A stretch of 64,000 nucleotides of DNA from an uncultured Clostridia bacterium (GTDB lineage Bacteria > Bacillota > Clostridia > TANB77 > CAG-508): the NCBI GenBank assembly GCA_947649935.1, contig CANSTR010000005.1, positions 2,591 through 66,590 on the forward strand. The letters run 5' to 3'. Of the stretch, positions 11,015 to 20,800 are shown in pieces; the first letter of the stretch is position 1, and every line of letters starts with the position of its first letter. A program made the position numbers and the translations under genes. The notes under the pieces are model-generated. The model was not told the DNA's origin and did not search any database. It saw nothing but the letters and a program-made list of their open reading frames with translations.

Positions 11015-11257
11015 ATGCGAAAAATTAGTGAAAAATTGAAAAACAAAACTCAGAGAGAAATGATAAAATATATTATCGTTTCAGGTGTAATTTTTTTTAT
11101 AGTGTTTCTTTTCATGTTCTTAACGTTAGATGGAAAGGCGCTTAGCACAATAGTGATAAGTATAATCTGCTGTATTGTATACATTGCAGTAGAGTTGTAT
11201 TTAGGCTGGCATTTAGTACAAGTAGCTCTGCGGGAAGATGAAGACGAAAGAAATTAG
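11015..11257 (+). CDS. Small hypothetical membrane protein (2 predicted TM)
   Basis: 80 aa. GGAGG RBS 8 nt upstream. Two hydrophobic segments. Contains in-frame CGG at 11231-11233. Followed by terminator at 11285. Confidence 0.5.
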   Translation: MRKISEKLKNKTQREMIKYIIVSGVIFFIVFLFMFLTLDGKALSTIVISIICCIVYIAVELYLGWHLVQVALREDEDERN

Positions 11258-11284
11258 TTTAATAAAGTAGCATACAGAAAAAGG

Positions 11285-11313
11285 CAACTGTTGAAGTGTA
11301 ACAGTTGTTTTTT
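11285..11313 (+). terminator. Rho-independent terminator
   Basis: caactgtt-gaagtgt-aacagttg followed by tttttt. Confidence 0.65.
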
Positions 11314-11458
11314 ATTTAATATGTAAAATATATTGCAAATTTTTGTAAGATATGTTATAATTGTAAATGTGTTTTGGAATTATCCAACTAGAATAGAAGG
11401 GTAACTCTTTCTATTTTAGTTTATGAATATAAATTTTTTTAGAAAGGAGGGAAAGTTT

Positions 11459-11734
11459 ATGGAATTGTATAATTTCGTAAACTTTGCACAGAAGACAATC
11501 AGGCGGAAAAAAACTTCTATGCAATTCAAAAAAATCGAGGTGATTCCAGTTGATGTACAAAGTACATCAGGAACGCTTCTCGAGATTTTACTAAAGAAAA
11601 AAGAGATAAAAATTTTTGCAGAGTTTAAATCTGAAAAAATTTTTATTTCTGTAAAAACAAAAGAAGGAACATCTTATGATGCAATGTCATATGATGATTC
11701 CACAGATTTCTGGCGGGAATTTCGCCAGAAATAG
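11459..11734 (+). CDS. Hypothetical protein
   Basis: ATG 11459 preceded by AAGGAGGG. 91 aa, no family recognised. Two in-frame CGG codons (11504, 11714), so its reality and length are uncertain. Confidence 0.35.
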   Translation: MELYNFVNFAQKTIRRKKTSMQFKKIEVIPVDVQSTSGTLLEILLKKKEIKIFAEFKSEKIFISVKTKEGTSYDAMSYDDSTDFWREFRQK

Positions 11735-11905
11735 CTTGAAATGGGTTGCATGTATTTTAGGCAGCCTGTTTTTTTATACAAATTTGTTTAGAAAAGGCAA
11801 AAAAAGGGTATGCTATTTTTGGAAAATTTTTTATAAAATAACTTGCAAATACATAAAATTATAGATATAATTTTAATGATAAAAAAATAAAGGAGGAACG
11901 TTTTT

Positions 11906-14518
11906 ATGGCGGAAGTGACAGAAGAAGAGAGAAAAGAAGTGGAAGAAATGGTCAACAGTTTGGTGGCAAGGGCAAGAAAGGCAGCAGAGGAATACAAGAA
12001 ATTGGACCAAGAAACCGTGGACAGAATTGTCAAAAAAATGTCAATGGCAGGATTGGATAACCACATGAAATTGGCAAAACATGCTGTTCAAGAAACCAAA
12101 AGAGGAGTATATGAAGACAAAATTACCAAAAATATGTTTGCAACAGAATACATTTATCATAGTATTAAATATGATAAAACAGTTGGTGTTGTAGAAGATA
12201 ACGAAGAAGAAGGATATGTAACAATTGCAGAGCCAATTGGCGTGATTGCTGGTGTTACCCCAGTGACAAATCCAACGGCAACGGTCATGTTTAAATCCAT
12301 GATTTCAGCAAAAACCAGAAATGTCATCGTGTTTGGTTTTCATCCATCGGCACAAGAATGTAGCGTAGCTGCAGGAGAATTGATGCGTGAAGCAGCTGTT
12401 TCGGAAGGCGCCCCAGAAGATTGTATTTTATGGATTGATAAACCTTCGGTTTTAGCAACCAGTTTGCTAATGAATCATCCAGATGTTGACTTGATTTTAG
12501 CAACCGGTGGTTCAGGCATGGTAAAAGCTGCGTATTCAAGCGGAAAACCAGCACTTGGCGTAGGACCAGGAAATGTACCTTGTTACATTGATAAAACAGC
12601 CAAATTGAAAACATCGGTAACGGATTTAGTATTATCCAAATCCTTTGACCATGGCATGATTTGTGCCTCTGAGCAATCCGTGATTATTGACAGAGAAATT
12701 CAAGGCGAATTTGAGAATTTAATGAGAGAAGCAGGTTGTTATTTTGTGAATGACGACGAAAGACAAAAGTTGAAAGCAACGATGTTTATCGCAGACCAAG
12801 GCAACAAATTAAATCCAGCAGTGGTTGGGCAAAGTCCAAAAACAATTGCGAATTGGGCAGGATTTGATGTGCCAGAACATACAAAAGTTTTGGTGGCACA
12901 CGAAGATGGCGTTGGAGAAGATTTCCCATTTTCCAAAGAAAAATTGAGTCCGGTTTTAGCGTATTATATCGTGGAAAATAGTGACGAAGGAATCGACATG
13001 GCTGACCGCTTAATTAAATTTGGCGGAATGGGGCATTCAGCAGTCATTCATTCAGAGGATAATGACACAATTACTAAATTTTCAAATACCGTAAAAGTCG
13101 GAAGAATTATTGTAAATTCTCCATCAACTCATGGTGCAATTGGTGATATTTACAACACCAACATGCCATCACTAACGCTTGGCTGTGGTACATTTGGAGG
13201 AAATTCAACAACCTCAAATGTGTCATCTGCGAATTTGATTAATTTAAAAAGAGTTGCCAAAAGGAGGGTTAATATGCAATGGTTTAAAGTTCCAGAAAAA
13301 ATCTATTTTGAAGCAGGTTCGATTGGTTATTTAGAAAAAATGCCAAATATTTCAAAAGCATTTATCGTAACAGACCCATCCATGGTGCAATTTGGGTATG
13401 TTGATAAAATTTTGTATCATTTAAGAAACAGAGAACAATATGTTCACGCAGAAATTTTCTCAGAAGTGGAGCCAGACCCATCTTTTGATACGATAAAAAA
13501 AGGTGTGGCAGCCATGACGGCATATCAACCAGATGTGATTATTGCCTTGGGTGGAGGAAGTGCAATGGACGCTGCCAAAGGAATGTGGCTATTTTACGAG
13601 CATCCAGATGCTGATGTAGAAGGATTGAAGTTGAAATTTATGGACATCAGAAAGCGTACGTACAAATTCCCAACCCTTGGCGAAAAATGCAAAATGGTAG
13701 CCATTCCAACAACTTCAGGAACAGGCTCAGAAGTGACATCATTTGCCGTTATTACAGACAAAAAGAAAAATATCAAATATCCATTGGCTGATTATGAATT
13801 AACACCAGATGTTGCGATTATTGACCCAGATTTGGTTATGACGTTACCTGCCAAATTGACAGCAGACACGGGTATGGATGTTTTGACACATGCGATTGAA
13901 GCATACGTTTCTGTGATGGCATCTGATTATACAGACGGTTTAGCAGAAAAAGCAATTGAACTTGTGTTCGAGTATTTGCCACAAGCATATGCAGACGGAA
14001 GTAATCGCAAAGCGCGTGAAAAAATGCACAATGCAAGTACGATGGCTGGTATGGCGTTTACCAATGCGTTCTTAGGCTTGAATCACTCGATTGCGCATAA
14101 ATTAGGTGGCGATTATCATATTCCACATGGTCGAGCAAATGCAGTCATTTTGCCATATGTCATCAAATACAATGGAACCATGCCAACGAAATTTGTGTCT
14201 TGGCCAAAATATGAAACGTATATTGCAGATGAAAGATATGCGGAAATTGCCAAAAGATTAGGCTTGCCAGCAGGTTCCAAAGAAGAAGGTGTCAATTCTT
14301 TGGTAAGAGCCGTGCAAGAATTGATGGAAAAATTAAATATGCCAAAATCATTGAAAGAGTGTGGCATTGAGGAGCAAGAATTTATGGCGAATTTAGATAG
14401 CTTAGCAGATAAAGCATTTTCAGACCAATGTACAGGCGTAAATCCACGTGTGCCATTGATAGAAGAAATCAAGCAAATTTTGATTGACGCCTATTACGGA
14501 AATCCAATTCAAATGTAG
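11906..14518 (+). CDS. adhE: Bifunctional acetaldehyde-CoA/alcohol dehydrogenase
   Basis: 870 aa. N-terminal ALDH domain (catalytic MICASEQS) plus C-terminal iron-ADH domain ([10 protein letters not shown], His cluster [16 protein letters not shown]). AGGAGG RBS. Confidence 0.95.
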   Translation: MAEVTEEERKEVEEMVNSLVARARKAAEEYKKLDQETVDRIVKKMSMAGLDNHMKLAKHAVQETKRGVYEDKITKNMFATEYIYHSIKYDKTVGVVEDNEEEGYVTIAEPIGVIAGVTPVTNPTATVMFKSMISAKTRNVIVFGFHPSAQECSVAAGELMREAAVSEGAPEDCILWIDKPSVLATSLLMNHPDVDLILATGGSGMVKAAYSSGKPALGVGPGNVPCYIDKTAKLKTSVTDLVLSKSFDHGMICASEQSVIIDREIQGEFENLMREAGCYFVNDDERQKLKATMFIADQGNKLNPAVVGQSPKTIANWAGFDVPEHTKVLVAHEDGVGEDFPFSKEKLSPVLAYYIVENSDEGIDMADRLIKFGGMGHSAVIHSEDNDTITKFSNTVKVGRIIVNSPSTHGAIGDIYNTNMPSLTLGCGTFGGNSTTSNVSSANLINLKRVAKRRVNMQWFKVPEKIYFEAGSIGYLEKMPNISKAFIVTDPSMVQFGYVDKILYHLRNREQYVHAEIFSEVEPDPSFDTIKKGVAAMTAYQPDVIIALGGGSAMDAAKGMWLFYEHPDADVEGLKLKFMDIRKRTYKFPTLGEKCKMVAIPTTSGTGSEVTSFAVITDKKKNIKYPLADYELTPDVAIIDPDLVMTLPAKLTADTGMDVLTHAIEAYVSVMASDYTDGLAEKAIELVFEYLPQAYADGSNRKAREKMHNASTMAGMAFTNAFLGLNHSIAHKLGGDYHIPHGRANAVILPYVIKYNGTMPTKFVSWPKYETYIADERYAEIAKRLGLPAGSKEEGVNSLVRAVQELMEKLNMPKSLKECGIEEQEFMANLDSLADKAFSDQCTGVNPRVPLIEEIKQILIDAYYGNPIQM

Positions 14519-14530
14519 AAACACAATCAG

Positions 14531-14554
14531 GTAGGGGCACGAGGCATCGTGCCC
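14531..14554 (+). repeat. GC-rich hairpin repeat copy (GTAGGGGC family)
   Basis: GTAGGGGCACGA-GGCA-TCGTGCCC, 12 nt after the adhE stop. Confidence 0.7.
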
Positions 14555-14560
14555 TTAAAA

Positions 14561-14720
14561 CGTAAAATAGATTTTACAAAAATAAAGAAATATATAAAAA
14601 TGTAAAATTAATTTTATAAAAATAAAAATAAATACAATTTTGTAAAATCTATTTTATAAAATTGTAAAATAATACGATTTTGTAAAGTCTGTTTTACAAA
14701 ATTGACAAAATCACTAAAAT
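14561..14720. repeat. 4 x 40 bp degenerate tandem repeat, each unit with a GTAAAAT-NN-ATTTTAY palindrome
   Basis: Palindromes start at 14562, 14602, 14642 and 14682, an exact 40 bp phasing. The last unit overlaps the -35 of the downstream promoter. Confidence 0.8.
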
Positions 14721-14731
14721 GTGCTATACTT
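14703..14731 (+). promoter_or_regulatory. Sigma-A type promoter
   Basis: TTGACA (14703-08), 17 nt spacer, TATACT (14726-31), upstream of the ATPase gene. Confidence 0.55.
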
Positions 14732-14752
14732 AAATTGAGGAGGCAATATTTT

Positions 14753-15940
14753 ATGATTGAAAGATTAGAATATTTGAATGAATTGATTGGTTTTAAAGAT
14801 AAAGATTTAATAAAAGTCATATCGGGGATACGAAGATGTGGAAAATCAACGTTGTTTGATTTGTATATAAAATATTTAAGAAAACAAGGTGTAAAAAAAG
14901 AACAAATTATTCGAATTAATTTAGAAAGTGCTGATTTTGATTGTATTAAAAATTATAAAGAGTTATATCTGTATGTGAATCGCAGATTGGTGAAAAATGA
15001 GCAAAATTATGTATTTTTGGATGAAGTACAAAAAATTGAAGATTTTCAAAAATGTGTGGATAGTTTATACATTAAGAAAAATGTAGATTTGTATATCACA
15101 GGTTCCAATGCTTATTTGTTGTCTGGAGAATTGGCAACACTTTTGTCAGGACGTTATGTGGAAATTAAAATGTTGCCATTGTCTTTTAAAGAGTATATTT
15201 CGTATGTGGGAAAAAGCGACTTAAATAAAAAGTATTTAAGTTACATCACCAATAGTTCGTTTCCTTATGCTGTTAGGCTGGATAGCAAAAAAGAAGTTTA
15301 TACGTATTTAGAAGGAATTTACAATACGATTGTGGTAAAAGATATTGCAGCAAGAAAAGGAATTGCGGATTTTGAGATATTAGAAAGTGTGATTAAATTT
15401 ATGTTTGATAATGTCGGGAATTTGTGTTCCAGTACGAAAATTGCGAATACGTTGTATTCGAATGGCAGAAAAGTTTCTGTTCCAACAGTTGAGAGTTATT
15501 TGAAAGCCTTGGTAGACGCTTTCATTTTGTATCAAGTGGATCGCTATGATGTGAAAGGAAAACAGTATCTTTCTAGTGGTTCGAAATATTATTTGGCAGA
15601 TGTTGGATTACGTTATTATTTGTTAGGAAGTAAAAGGGCAGATGAAGGACATATTTTGGAGAATATTGTGTATTTGGAATTGCGTCGTCGTGGTTATCGA
15701 GTGAGCATTGGCAAAGTTGACCGAACAGAAGTTGATTTTATTGCGACAAATGAAAAAGGAGAAGAATATTACCAAGTGGCGTATACAGTTCATGATGAGG
15801 AAACTTTGCAAAGGGAGCTAAAACCTTTGGAAAGCATTCATGACCACAATCCTAAATTTTTACTAACGATGGATTTTACGCCATATACTTCGCATAATGG
15901 AATTAAGCAAATTAATGTTTTAGATTGGTTATTGGAGTAA
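14753..15940 (+). CDS. AAA-family ATPase (COG1373 / DUF4143-type)
   Basis: P-loop GIRRCGKST, Walker B FLDEVQ. The C-terminal half is typical of the DUF4143 family. GAGGAGG RBS before ATG 14753; the track ORF starts at TTG 14702. Confidence 0.75.
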   Translation: MIERLEYLNELIGFKDKDLIKVISGIRRCGKSTLFDLYIKYLRKQGVKKEQIIRINLESADFDCIKNYKELYLYVNRRLVKNEQNYVFLDEVQKIEDFQKCVDSLYIKKNVDLYITGSNAYLLSGELATLLSGRYVEIKMLPLSFKEYISYVGKSDLNKKYLSYITNSSFPYAVRLDSKKEVYTYLEGIYNTIVVKDIAARKGIADFEILESVIKFMFDNVGNLCSSTKIANTLYSNGRKVSVPTVESYLKALVDAFILYQVDRYDVKGKQYLSSGSKYYLADVGLRYYLLGSKRADEGHILENIVYLELRRRGYRVSIGKVDRTEVDFIATNEKGEEYYQVAYTVHDEETLQRELKPLESIHDHNPKFLLTMDFTPYTSHNGIKQINVLDWLLE

Positions 15941-15944
15941 AAAT

Positions 15945-16697
15945 ATGAGTAGAAAAAAGAAAAAATATACGAAACAAAGCATTGTAGCAGCAATCATTGT
16001 TGCGATGATGATGTGGATGACAGCGTATCAGGAAAGCACAAAAAATCAGGAAATTGCAACTTTTAATGGGATAGATGTGTCATTCAATTTAGAAGAAATT
16101 CCAGAATTTTCAGATACGCCGTATGTTGTTATTAATGAAAATGTTCCAAATTTTGAGGAAAGTGATTTTACGTTAGAGCCGTTTGAGAAATATAGCGAAT
16201 TAGATGAATTGGGACGTTGTGGGGTCGCATTTGCAAATGTGTGCAAAGAAATTATGCCAAATGAGCCAAGGGGAGAAATTGGCAGTGTGAAGCCATCTGG
16301 CTGGCATACCGTGCGCTATGATGATTTGGTGGAAGGCAAATATTTGTATAATCGTTGTCATTTGATTGGGTATCAATTGGCTGGCGAAAATGCGAATGAG
16401 AAAAATTTGATAACAGGGACGCGTTATTTGAATGTAAAAGGCATGTTGCCTTTTGAAAATCAGGTGAACGATTATGTAGAGGAAACGAATCATCATGTAC
16501 TTTATCGTGTCACACCAATTTTCGAAGGAAGTAATTTGGTAGCATCTGGCGTAGAAATGGAAGGATTTTCCGTGGAAGATAGAGGAGAAGGGATTTGTTT
16601 TCATGTGTATGTATACAATTGCCAGCCGGGCATCATCATTGATTATGCGACTGGCGAGAGTTGTAGGGACATGGTGCACCATGCCCCTACGGTGTAA
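15945..16697 (+). CDS. Membrane-anchored/secreted DNA/RNA non-specific endonuclease (DNA-entry nuclease-like)
   Basis: 250 aa. N-terminal TM (IVAAIIVAMMMWM). Core NRCHLIGYQLAGENANEKNLITGTRYLN. The last 11 codons lie in a GC-rich repeat copy. Confidence 0.7.
   Translation: MSRKKKKYTKQSIVAAIIVAMMMWMTAYQESTKNQEIATFNGIDVSFNLEEIPEFSDTPYVVINENVPNFEESDFTLEPFEKYSELDELGRCGVAFANVCKEIMPNEPRGEIGSVKPSGWHTVRYDDLVEGKYLYNRCHLIGYQLAGENANEKNLITGTRYLNVKGMLPFENQVNDYVEETNHHVLYRVTPIFEGSNLVASGVEMEGFSVEDRGEGICFHVYVYNCQPGIIIDYATGESCRDMVHHAPTV
16663..16690. repeat. GC-rich hairpin repeat, complete palindromic copy
   Basis: GTAGGGACATGGT-GC-ACCATGCCCCTAC. Overlaps the nuclease C-terminus at a convergent gene junction. 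Confidence 0.75.
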
Positions 16698-17687
16698 TTA
16701 TTTTACTTCATTGATACAAGTTCCGCTAGCGAAAATATCAGCAATGTTTTGGCAAGTATCGCTGGCAATTTTGTTTAGGGCTTCTGATGTGAAGAATGCT
16801 TGATGAGAGGTAATTAGCACATTTGGCATCGAAATCAATAAAGATAAATTTTTGTCTCTTTCATACGAATTCGACATATCTTTTAAGAAAAAGTCGGATT
16901 CGTTTTCGTATACATCTAAGCCAACTCCACCAATTTTTCCAGTGGAAAGTGCGTCAATTAAATCGTCAGTGCAAATCAAATTGCCTCTGCTACAATTTAT
17001 GATGATGACATTTGGTTTCATTTCAGACAACGAATTTTTGTTAATGATATGCGTTGTTTCTGGTGTAAGTGGACAGTGAAGTGAAATAATATCTGATTTT
17101 TGGCATAATTCGTCAAATTCTACATATTCAAAACCAAGTTCTTGACTGGCTTTTTCATCTTTGAATAAATCGTAAGCAATAATTTTTGTGCCAAATCCTT
17201 TCATAATTTCAATAAATGCCTTTCCAATTCTGCCAGTTCCAACAACACCAATAGTTTTATTATGCAAATCGAAACCTAGCAAACCATCTAAAGAGAAATT
17301 GTATTTTTTTACACGTTGGTACGATTTGTAAATTTTACGATTGATGTTCAACAAAAGGGCTGTGGCATGCTCTGCAACGGCGTATGGGGAATATTGTGGA
17401 ACACGAACCACTTTAATATTTCCAAGGTTTTCTAAATCAACATTATTAAAACCAGCGCATCGTAGCGCAATCAATTTAATGCCGTATTCGTTCAATTTTT
17501 CTAAAACTGTTTTGTCTACCACATCGTTTACGAAAATGCAAACGGCATCAAAGCCTTTAGCAAGTTGAGCTGTTTCAGCATTTAGTTTGGATTCAAAATA
17601 GGTAATTTCATAGTTATAATTTTTATTATATTCTTCAAAAAATTCTGTATCATAATCTTTGGTATCAAAAAAAGCGATTTTTATCAT
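16698..17687 (-). CDS. D-isomer specific 2-hydroxyacid dehydrogenase (D-lactate dehydrogenase-like)
   Basis: MIKIAFFDTKDYD start with GGAG RBS (track ORF extends to 17738). NAD motif GVVGTGRIGKAF. Catalytic R/E/H region (SRG...TSHQAF). Confidence 0.85.
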   Translation of the reverse strand: MIKIAFFDTKDYDTEFFEEYNKNYNYEITYFESKLNAETAQLAKGFDAVCIFVNDVVDKTVLEKLNEYGIKLIALRCAGFNNVDLENLGNIKVVRVPQYSPYAVAEHATALLLNINRKIYKSYQRVKKYNFSLDGLLGFDLHNKTIGVVGTGRIGKAFIEIMKGFGTKIIAYDLFKDEKASQELGFEYVEFDELCQKSDIISLHCPLTPETTHIINKNSLSEMKPNVIIINCSRGNLICTDDLIDALSTGKIGGVGLDVYENESDFFLKDMSNSYERDKNLSLLISMPNVLITSHQAFFTSEALNKIASDTCQNIADIFASGTCINEVK

Positions 17688-17773
17688 TTTTTGTTCTCCT
17701 TTACAATATAGTATTATTTCATTTTTAGCAATGTGCAAGGCACCAGAAATTCTGATGCCTTGTTGAGATTTGA

Positions 17774-19321
17774 TTAATGTTTAAAATGACGCATATGTGT
17801 GAAAAGCATGGTCATGCCATATTCATTGCATTTGTCGATCGAAAGTTGGTCTTTTTTGGCGCCGCCTGGTTGGATGATGGCTGTAATTCCTGCAGCGTGT
17901 GCAGCTTCGACGCAATCGTCAAAGGGGAAAAAGGCATCTGATGCTAAAACAGCATTTTGTGTAGCAGTTTCGCTGATTAATTCTTTGGCATGTTCTACGC
18001 ATTGTTTGGTTGACCAAATTCGGTTCACTTGTCCAGGACCAATGCCGACAGTTTGCTTATTCTTGGCGAGCGCAATTCCGTTGGATTTCACGAATTTTAC
18101 AACTTTCCAAGCAAACATCAAATCTTCCAACTCAGCTGGTGTTGGAGCGCGGTCTGTGACAACTTCGTAGTTGTCTAATAATTTAGAATCAATAGTTTGA
18201 ACAATGATTCCGCCATTGATTTTTTTGATGTCGTACGAATTTTCAGGTTGCTTTGTCGTAATTTCAGGTAATTCCAAAACGCGAACGTTTTTCTTTTTCT
18301 TCAAAATTTTCAAGGCTTCCTCGCTATAGGCTGGAGCCACAATGACTTCCAAAAACATTTCCGACATTTCTTTCGCGATTTCAGGTGTGATTTCGTGGTT
18401 AGAAACCACAATTCCGCCGAAAATCGACATGTTGTCTGCCGAATAAGCTTTTTGCCAAGCTTTGTAAATATCATTGTCACTGCCAACACCACATGGATTG
18501 CCGTGTTTGCAGGCAACAATCGTTGGTTCGTCGAATTCTTTCAAAAGTTCCAAAGCACCGTTTGTGTCGTTGATGTTGTTGAAAGATAATTCCTTGCCGT
18601 TCAATTGTTTTGCAGTCACAAGCGAACCTTCGCATTTTCCAACTTCTTTGTATAGGCAACCAGTTTGATGTGGATTTTCGCCATAACGCATTTCCTGAAC
18701 TTTTTCAAATGTCAAAGAAAGTGTGGCAGGATACGAGGTGTCTTGACGCTCGTTTTTTATGTAATTGCAAATCATGGCATCGTAATTTGCCGTATGTTCA
18801 AATACTTTTTGCATTAAGTAAAATTTTGTGTCTAGGCAAACTTTTTTGTTTTCCTTTAACTCATTTAGGACTTTTTCATAATCTGCTGGGTCTGTGATGA
18901 CTGTCACATCTTGATAATTTTTGGCGGCAGAACGAAGCATGGTTGGTCCACCAATGTCGATATTTTCAACGCATTCTTCGCGTGAAACATTTTCCTTCAA
19001 AATGGTTTGCTTGAATGGATACAAGTTGACAACAACGAAATCAATGGTGTCAACATTTAAGTCTGCCAATTGTTTCATGTGATTTGGATTGCTTCTCATG
19101 GCTAAAATTCCTGCGTGAACTTTTGGATGAAGGGTTTTGACGCGGCCGTCCAAACATTCTGGAAATTCTGTTAAATCAGAGATTTCGATTGCGTTTACAT
19201 TGGCTTCTTTTAATTTTTTATACGTTCCACCAGTTGAGATAATTTCAATGCCAAGGCTTTCTAATTCTTTGGCAAATTCGACAATACCAGTTTTGTCAGA
19301 TACACTAATTAAGGCTTTCAT
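17774..19321 (-). CDS. purH: Bifunctional AICAR transformylase / IMP cyclohydrolase
   Basis: 515 aa. MKALISVSDKTG, GGTYKKL, VKTLHPKVHAGIL and a conserved C-terminal AICARFT domain. Confidence 0.95.
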   Translation of the reverse strand: MKALISVSDKTGIVEFAKELESLGIEIISTGGTYKKLKEANVNAIEISDLTEFPECLDGRVKTLHPKVHAGILAMRSNPNHMKQLADLNVDTIDFVVVNLYPFKQTILKENVSREECVENIDIGGPTMLRSAAKNYQDVTVITDPADYEKVLNELKENKKVCLDTKFYLMQKVFEHTANYDAMICNYIKNERQDTSYPATLSLTFEKVQEMRYGENPHQTGCLYKEVGKCEGSLVTAKQLNGKELSFNNINDTNGALELLKEFDEPTIVACKHGNPCGVGSDNDIYKAWQKAYSADNMSIFGGIVVSNHEITPEIAKEMSEMFLEVIVAPAYSEEALKILKKKKNVRVLELPEITTKQPENSYDIKKINGGIIVQTIDSKLLDNYEVVTDRAPTPAELEDLMFAWKVVKFVKSNGIALAKNKQTVGIGPGQVNRIWSTKQCVEHAKELISETATQNAVLASDAFFPFDDCVEAAHAAGITAIIQPGGAKKDQLSIDKCNEYGMTMLFTHMRHFKH

Positions 19322-19499
19322 TTTATTTCCTCCTATGATAAATTATTTTCATTATATCACAAAATTTGGAAAAAGTAAAGGGAAATTTGAGGTTATGTAA
19401 ATTTTACAAAAATAAATTTTCGAAAATCTCTTCCTTTTTTTGAAATTTATGATAAAATAGAAGAAACATGTTGTTGTGAATAAAAATTAGGGGAAAATA

Positions 19500-19919
19500 A
19501 TGGTCTATCAAAGTCAAAATAATGAAAATGTAGCAGTAGAAGTTTTGTATAAGGAAGAAGATTTTTGGTTAACGCAAAAGTCAATGGCAAAATTATTTCA
19601 TGTGGCAGAAAATAATATTACCTATCATTTGCGAAATATTTTTAAAACAAAAGAATTGGAACAAGAAGCAGTTACTCAAAAAATTAGAGTAACTGCTTCA
19701 GATGGAAAAAAGTATAATACAAATTTCTATAATTTAGATGCTATCATAGCAGTTGGCTATCGAGTCAATTCAAAAGAAGCGACGGATTTTAGAATTTGGG
19801 TATCAAAATTTGTGAAAGAGTCCAATAGAAAAATTAGAAATAAGGCTAGAAATGAAGTATTGATTAGTATTGTTATATTGTTTTTTGCTTTTGCAATATT
19901 TCTAATCGATATTTTATAA
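19500..19919 (+). CDS. RhuM family protein, C-terminally truncated fragment
   Basis: First ~105 aa match the RhuM N-terminal pattern (WLTQKSMAKLF, YNLDAIIAVGYRVNSKEATDFRIW). It then diverges into a hydrophobic tail. Full-length members are roughly twice as long. Confidence 0.6.
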   Translation: MVYQSQNNENVAVEVLYKEEDFWLTQKSMAKLFHVAENNITYHLRNIFKTKELEQEAVTQKIRVTASDGKKYNTNFYNLDAIIAVGYRVNSKEATDFRIWVSKFVKESNRKIRNKARNEVLISIVILFFAFAIFLIDIL

Positions 19920-19933
19920 AAAAGGAGAAGAAA

Positions 19934-20518
19934 ATGCTGATTAAAAATCCAAAGTTTGAAATTTCGGCGGTGGGGCCGAAGCAATATCCGAAAGGTGATT
20001 TGCCGGAAATTGTGTTGGTGGGAAAATCCAACGTGGGAAAATCTTCCTTTATTAATACAATGATTGGCAGAAAAAATTTGGCGAGGACGAGTAATACACC
20101 GGGAAAAACGCGTCAAATTAATTTTTATAAGATGGATGATATGTTTTATTTTGTGGATTTGCCGGGGTATGGCTACAGCAAAATGTCGAAACAGGAGAAA
20201 ATAATTTCCGGAAATTATATTGAGGAATATTTACAAAAACGAGAAAATATTGCTTTGATTGTGCATTTGCTCGATATTCGTCATCAGCCAACCGAAGATG
20301 ACAGGTTGATGTATGATTACATTTTGCGCACAAATTTGCCGTTTATGGTGGTAACAAATAAGGCAGACAAAATCGCTATTACAAAAGTGGATGCGGAAGT
20401 GGACAGAATTAAGCAAACATTGGGGATTTCGTATAGCACGATTTTGCCGTTTTCGGCGGAGAGGAAAATTTATACGGAAAATGTTTGGAAAGAATTGGAA
20501 AAATACATAAAATTTTGA
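19934..20518 (+). CDS. engB: Ribosome biogenesis GTP-binding protein YsxC/EngB
   Basis: 194 aa. G1 GKSNVGKSS, TPGKTR, DLPGYG, NKADK. Confidence 0.92.
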   Translation: MLIKNPKFEISAVGPKQYPKGDLPEIVLVGKSNVGKSSFINTMIGRKNLARTSNTPGKTRQINFYKMDDMFYFVDLPGYGYSKMSKQEKIISGNYIEEYLQKRENIALIVHLLDIRHQPTEDDRLMYDYILRTNLPFMVVTNKADKIAITKVDAEVDRIKQTLGISYSTILPFSAERKIYTENVWKELEKYIKF

Positions 20519-20520
20519 AA

Positions 20521-20790
20521 ATGACATACAATAATAGCGGTGATGAGATGGAAAGAGAGTTTAAAAAAGAAGAAAATGTGGTTGACGCAAAAACCACCAA
20601 CCGTTATCAGGATTTGATGAATCATATTGAGAAAATCAAGCAGACGCTTAAGTCGGATTATAATAATATGCAATACATTGAGGATGAAAGTTTGCTAGAT
20701 TATTATACTTACAAAATAAAATCAGATCAGGCGCAATATGATTATTTGATCAAGCAAGCAAAAAAAATGGAAACAGGCACGTTTTTATAG
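20521..20790 (+). CDS. Hypothetical protein
   Basis: 89 aa from ATG 20521, just after the engB stop. Charged/helical. No family recognised. Confidence 0.35.
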   Translation: MTYNNSGDEMEREFKKEENVVDAKTTNRYQDLMNHIEKIKQTLKSDYNNMQYIEDESLLDYYTYKIKSDQAQYDYLIKQAKKMETGTFL

Positions 20791-20800
20791 GGAGAAGAAA

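Noticed and set aside
14561-14720. The 40 bp tandem units considered as a mini-CRISPR or replication origin.
   Set aside because: The units are contiguous with no unique spacers. They are AT-rich, lack DnaA-box-like TTATCCACA motifs, and there are only four copies. An operator or iteron-like array is the better description.
19322-19499. Purine riboswitch upstream of purH (minus strand), and lysine (L-box) riboswitch upstream of dapA (61580-61635).
   Set aside because: I could not find the conserved purine-riboswitch core or junction sequences. The dapA leader (~55 nt) is far too short for an L-box.
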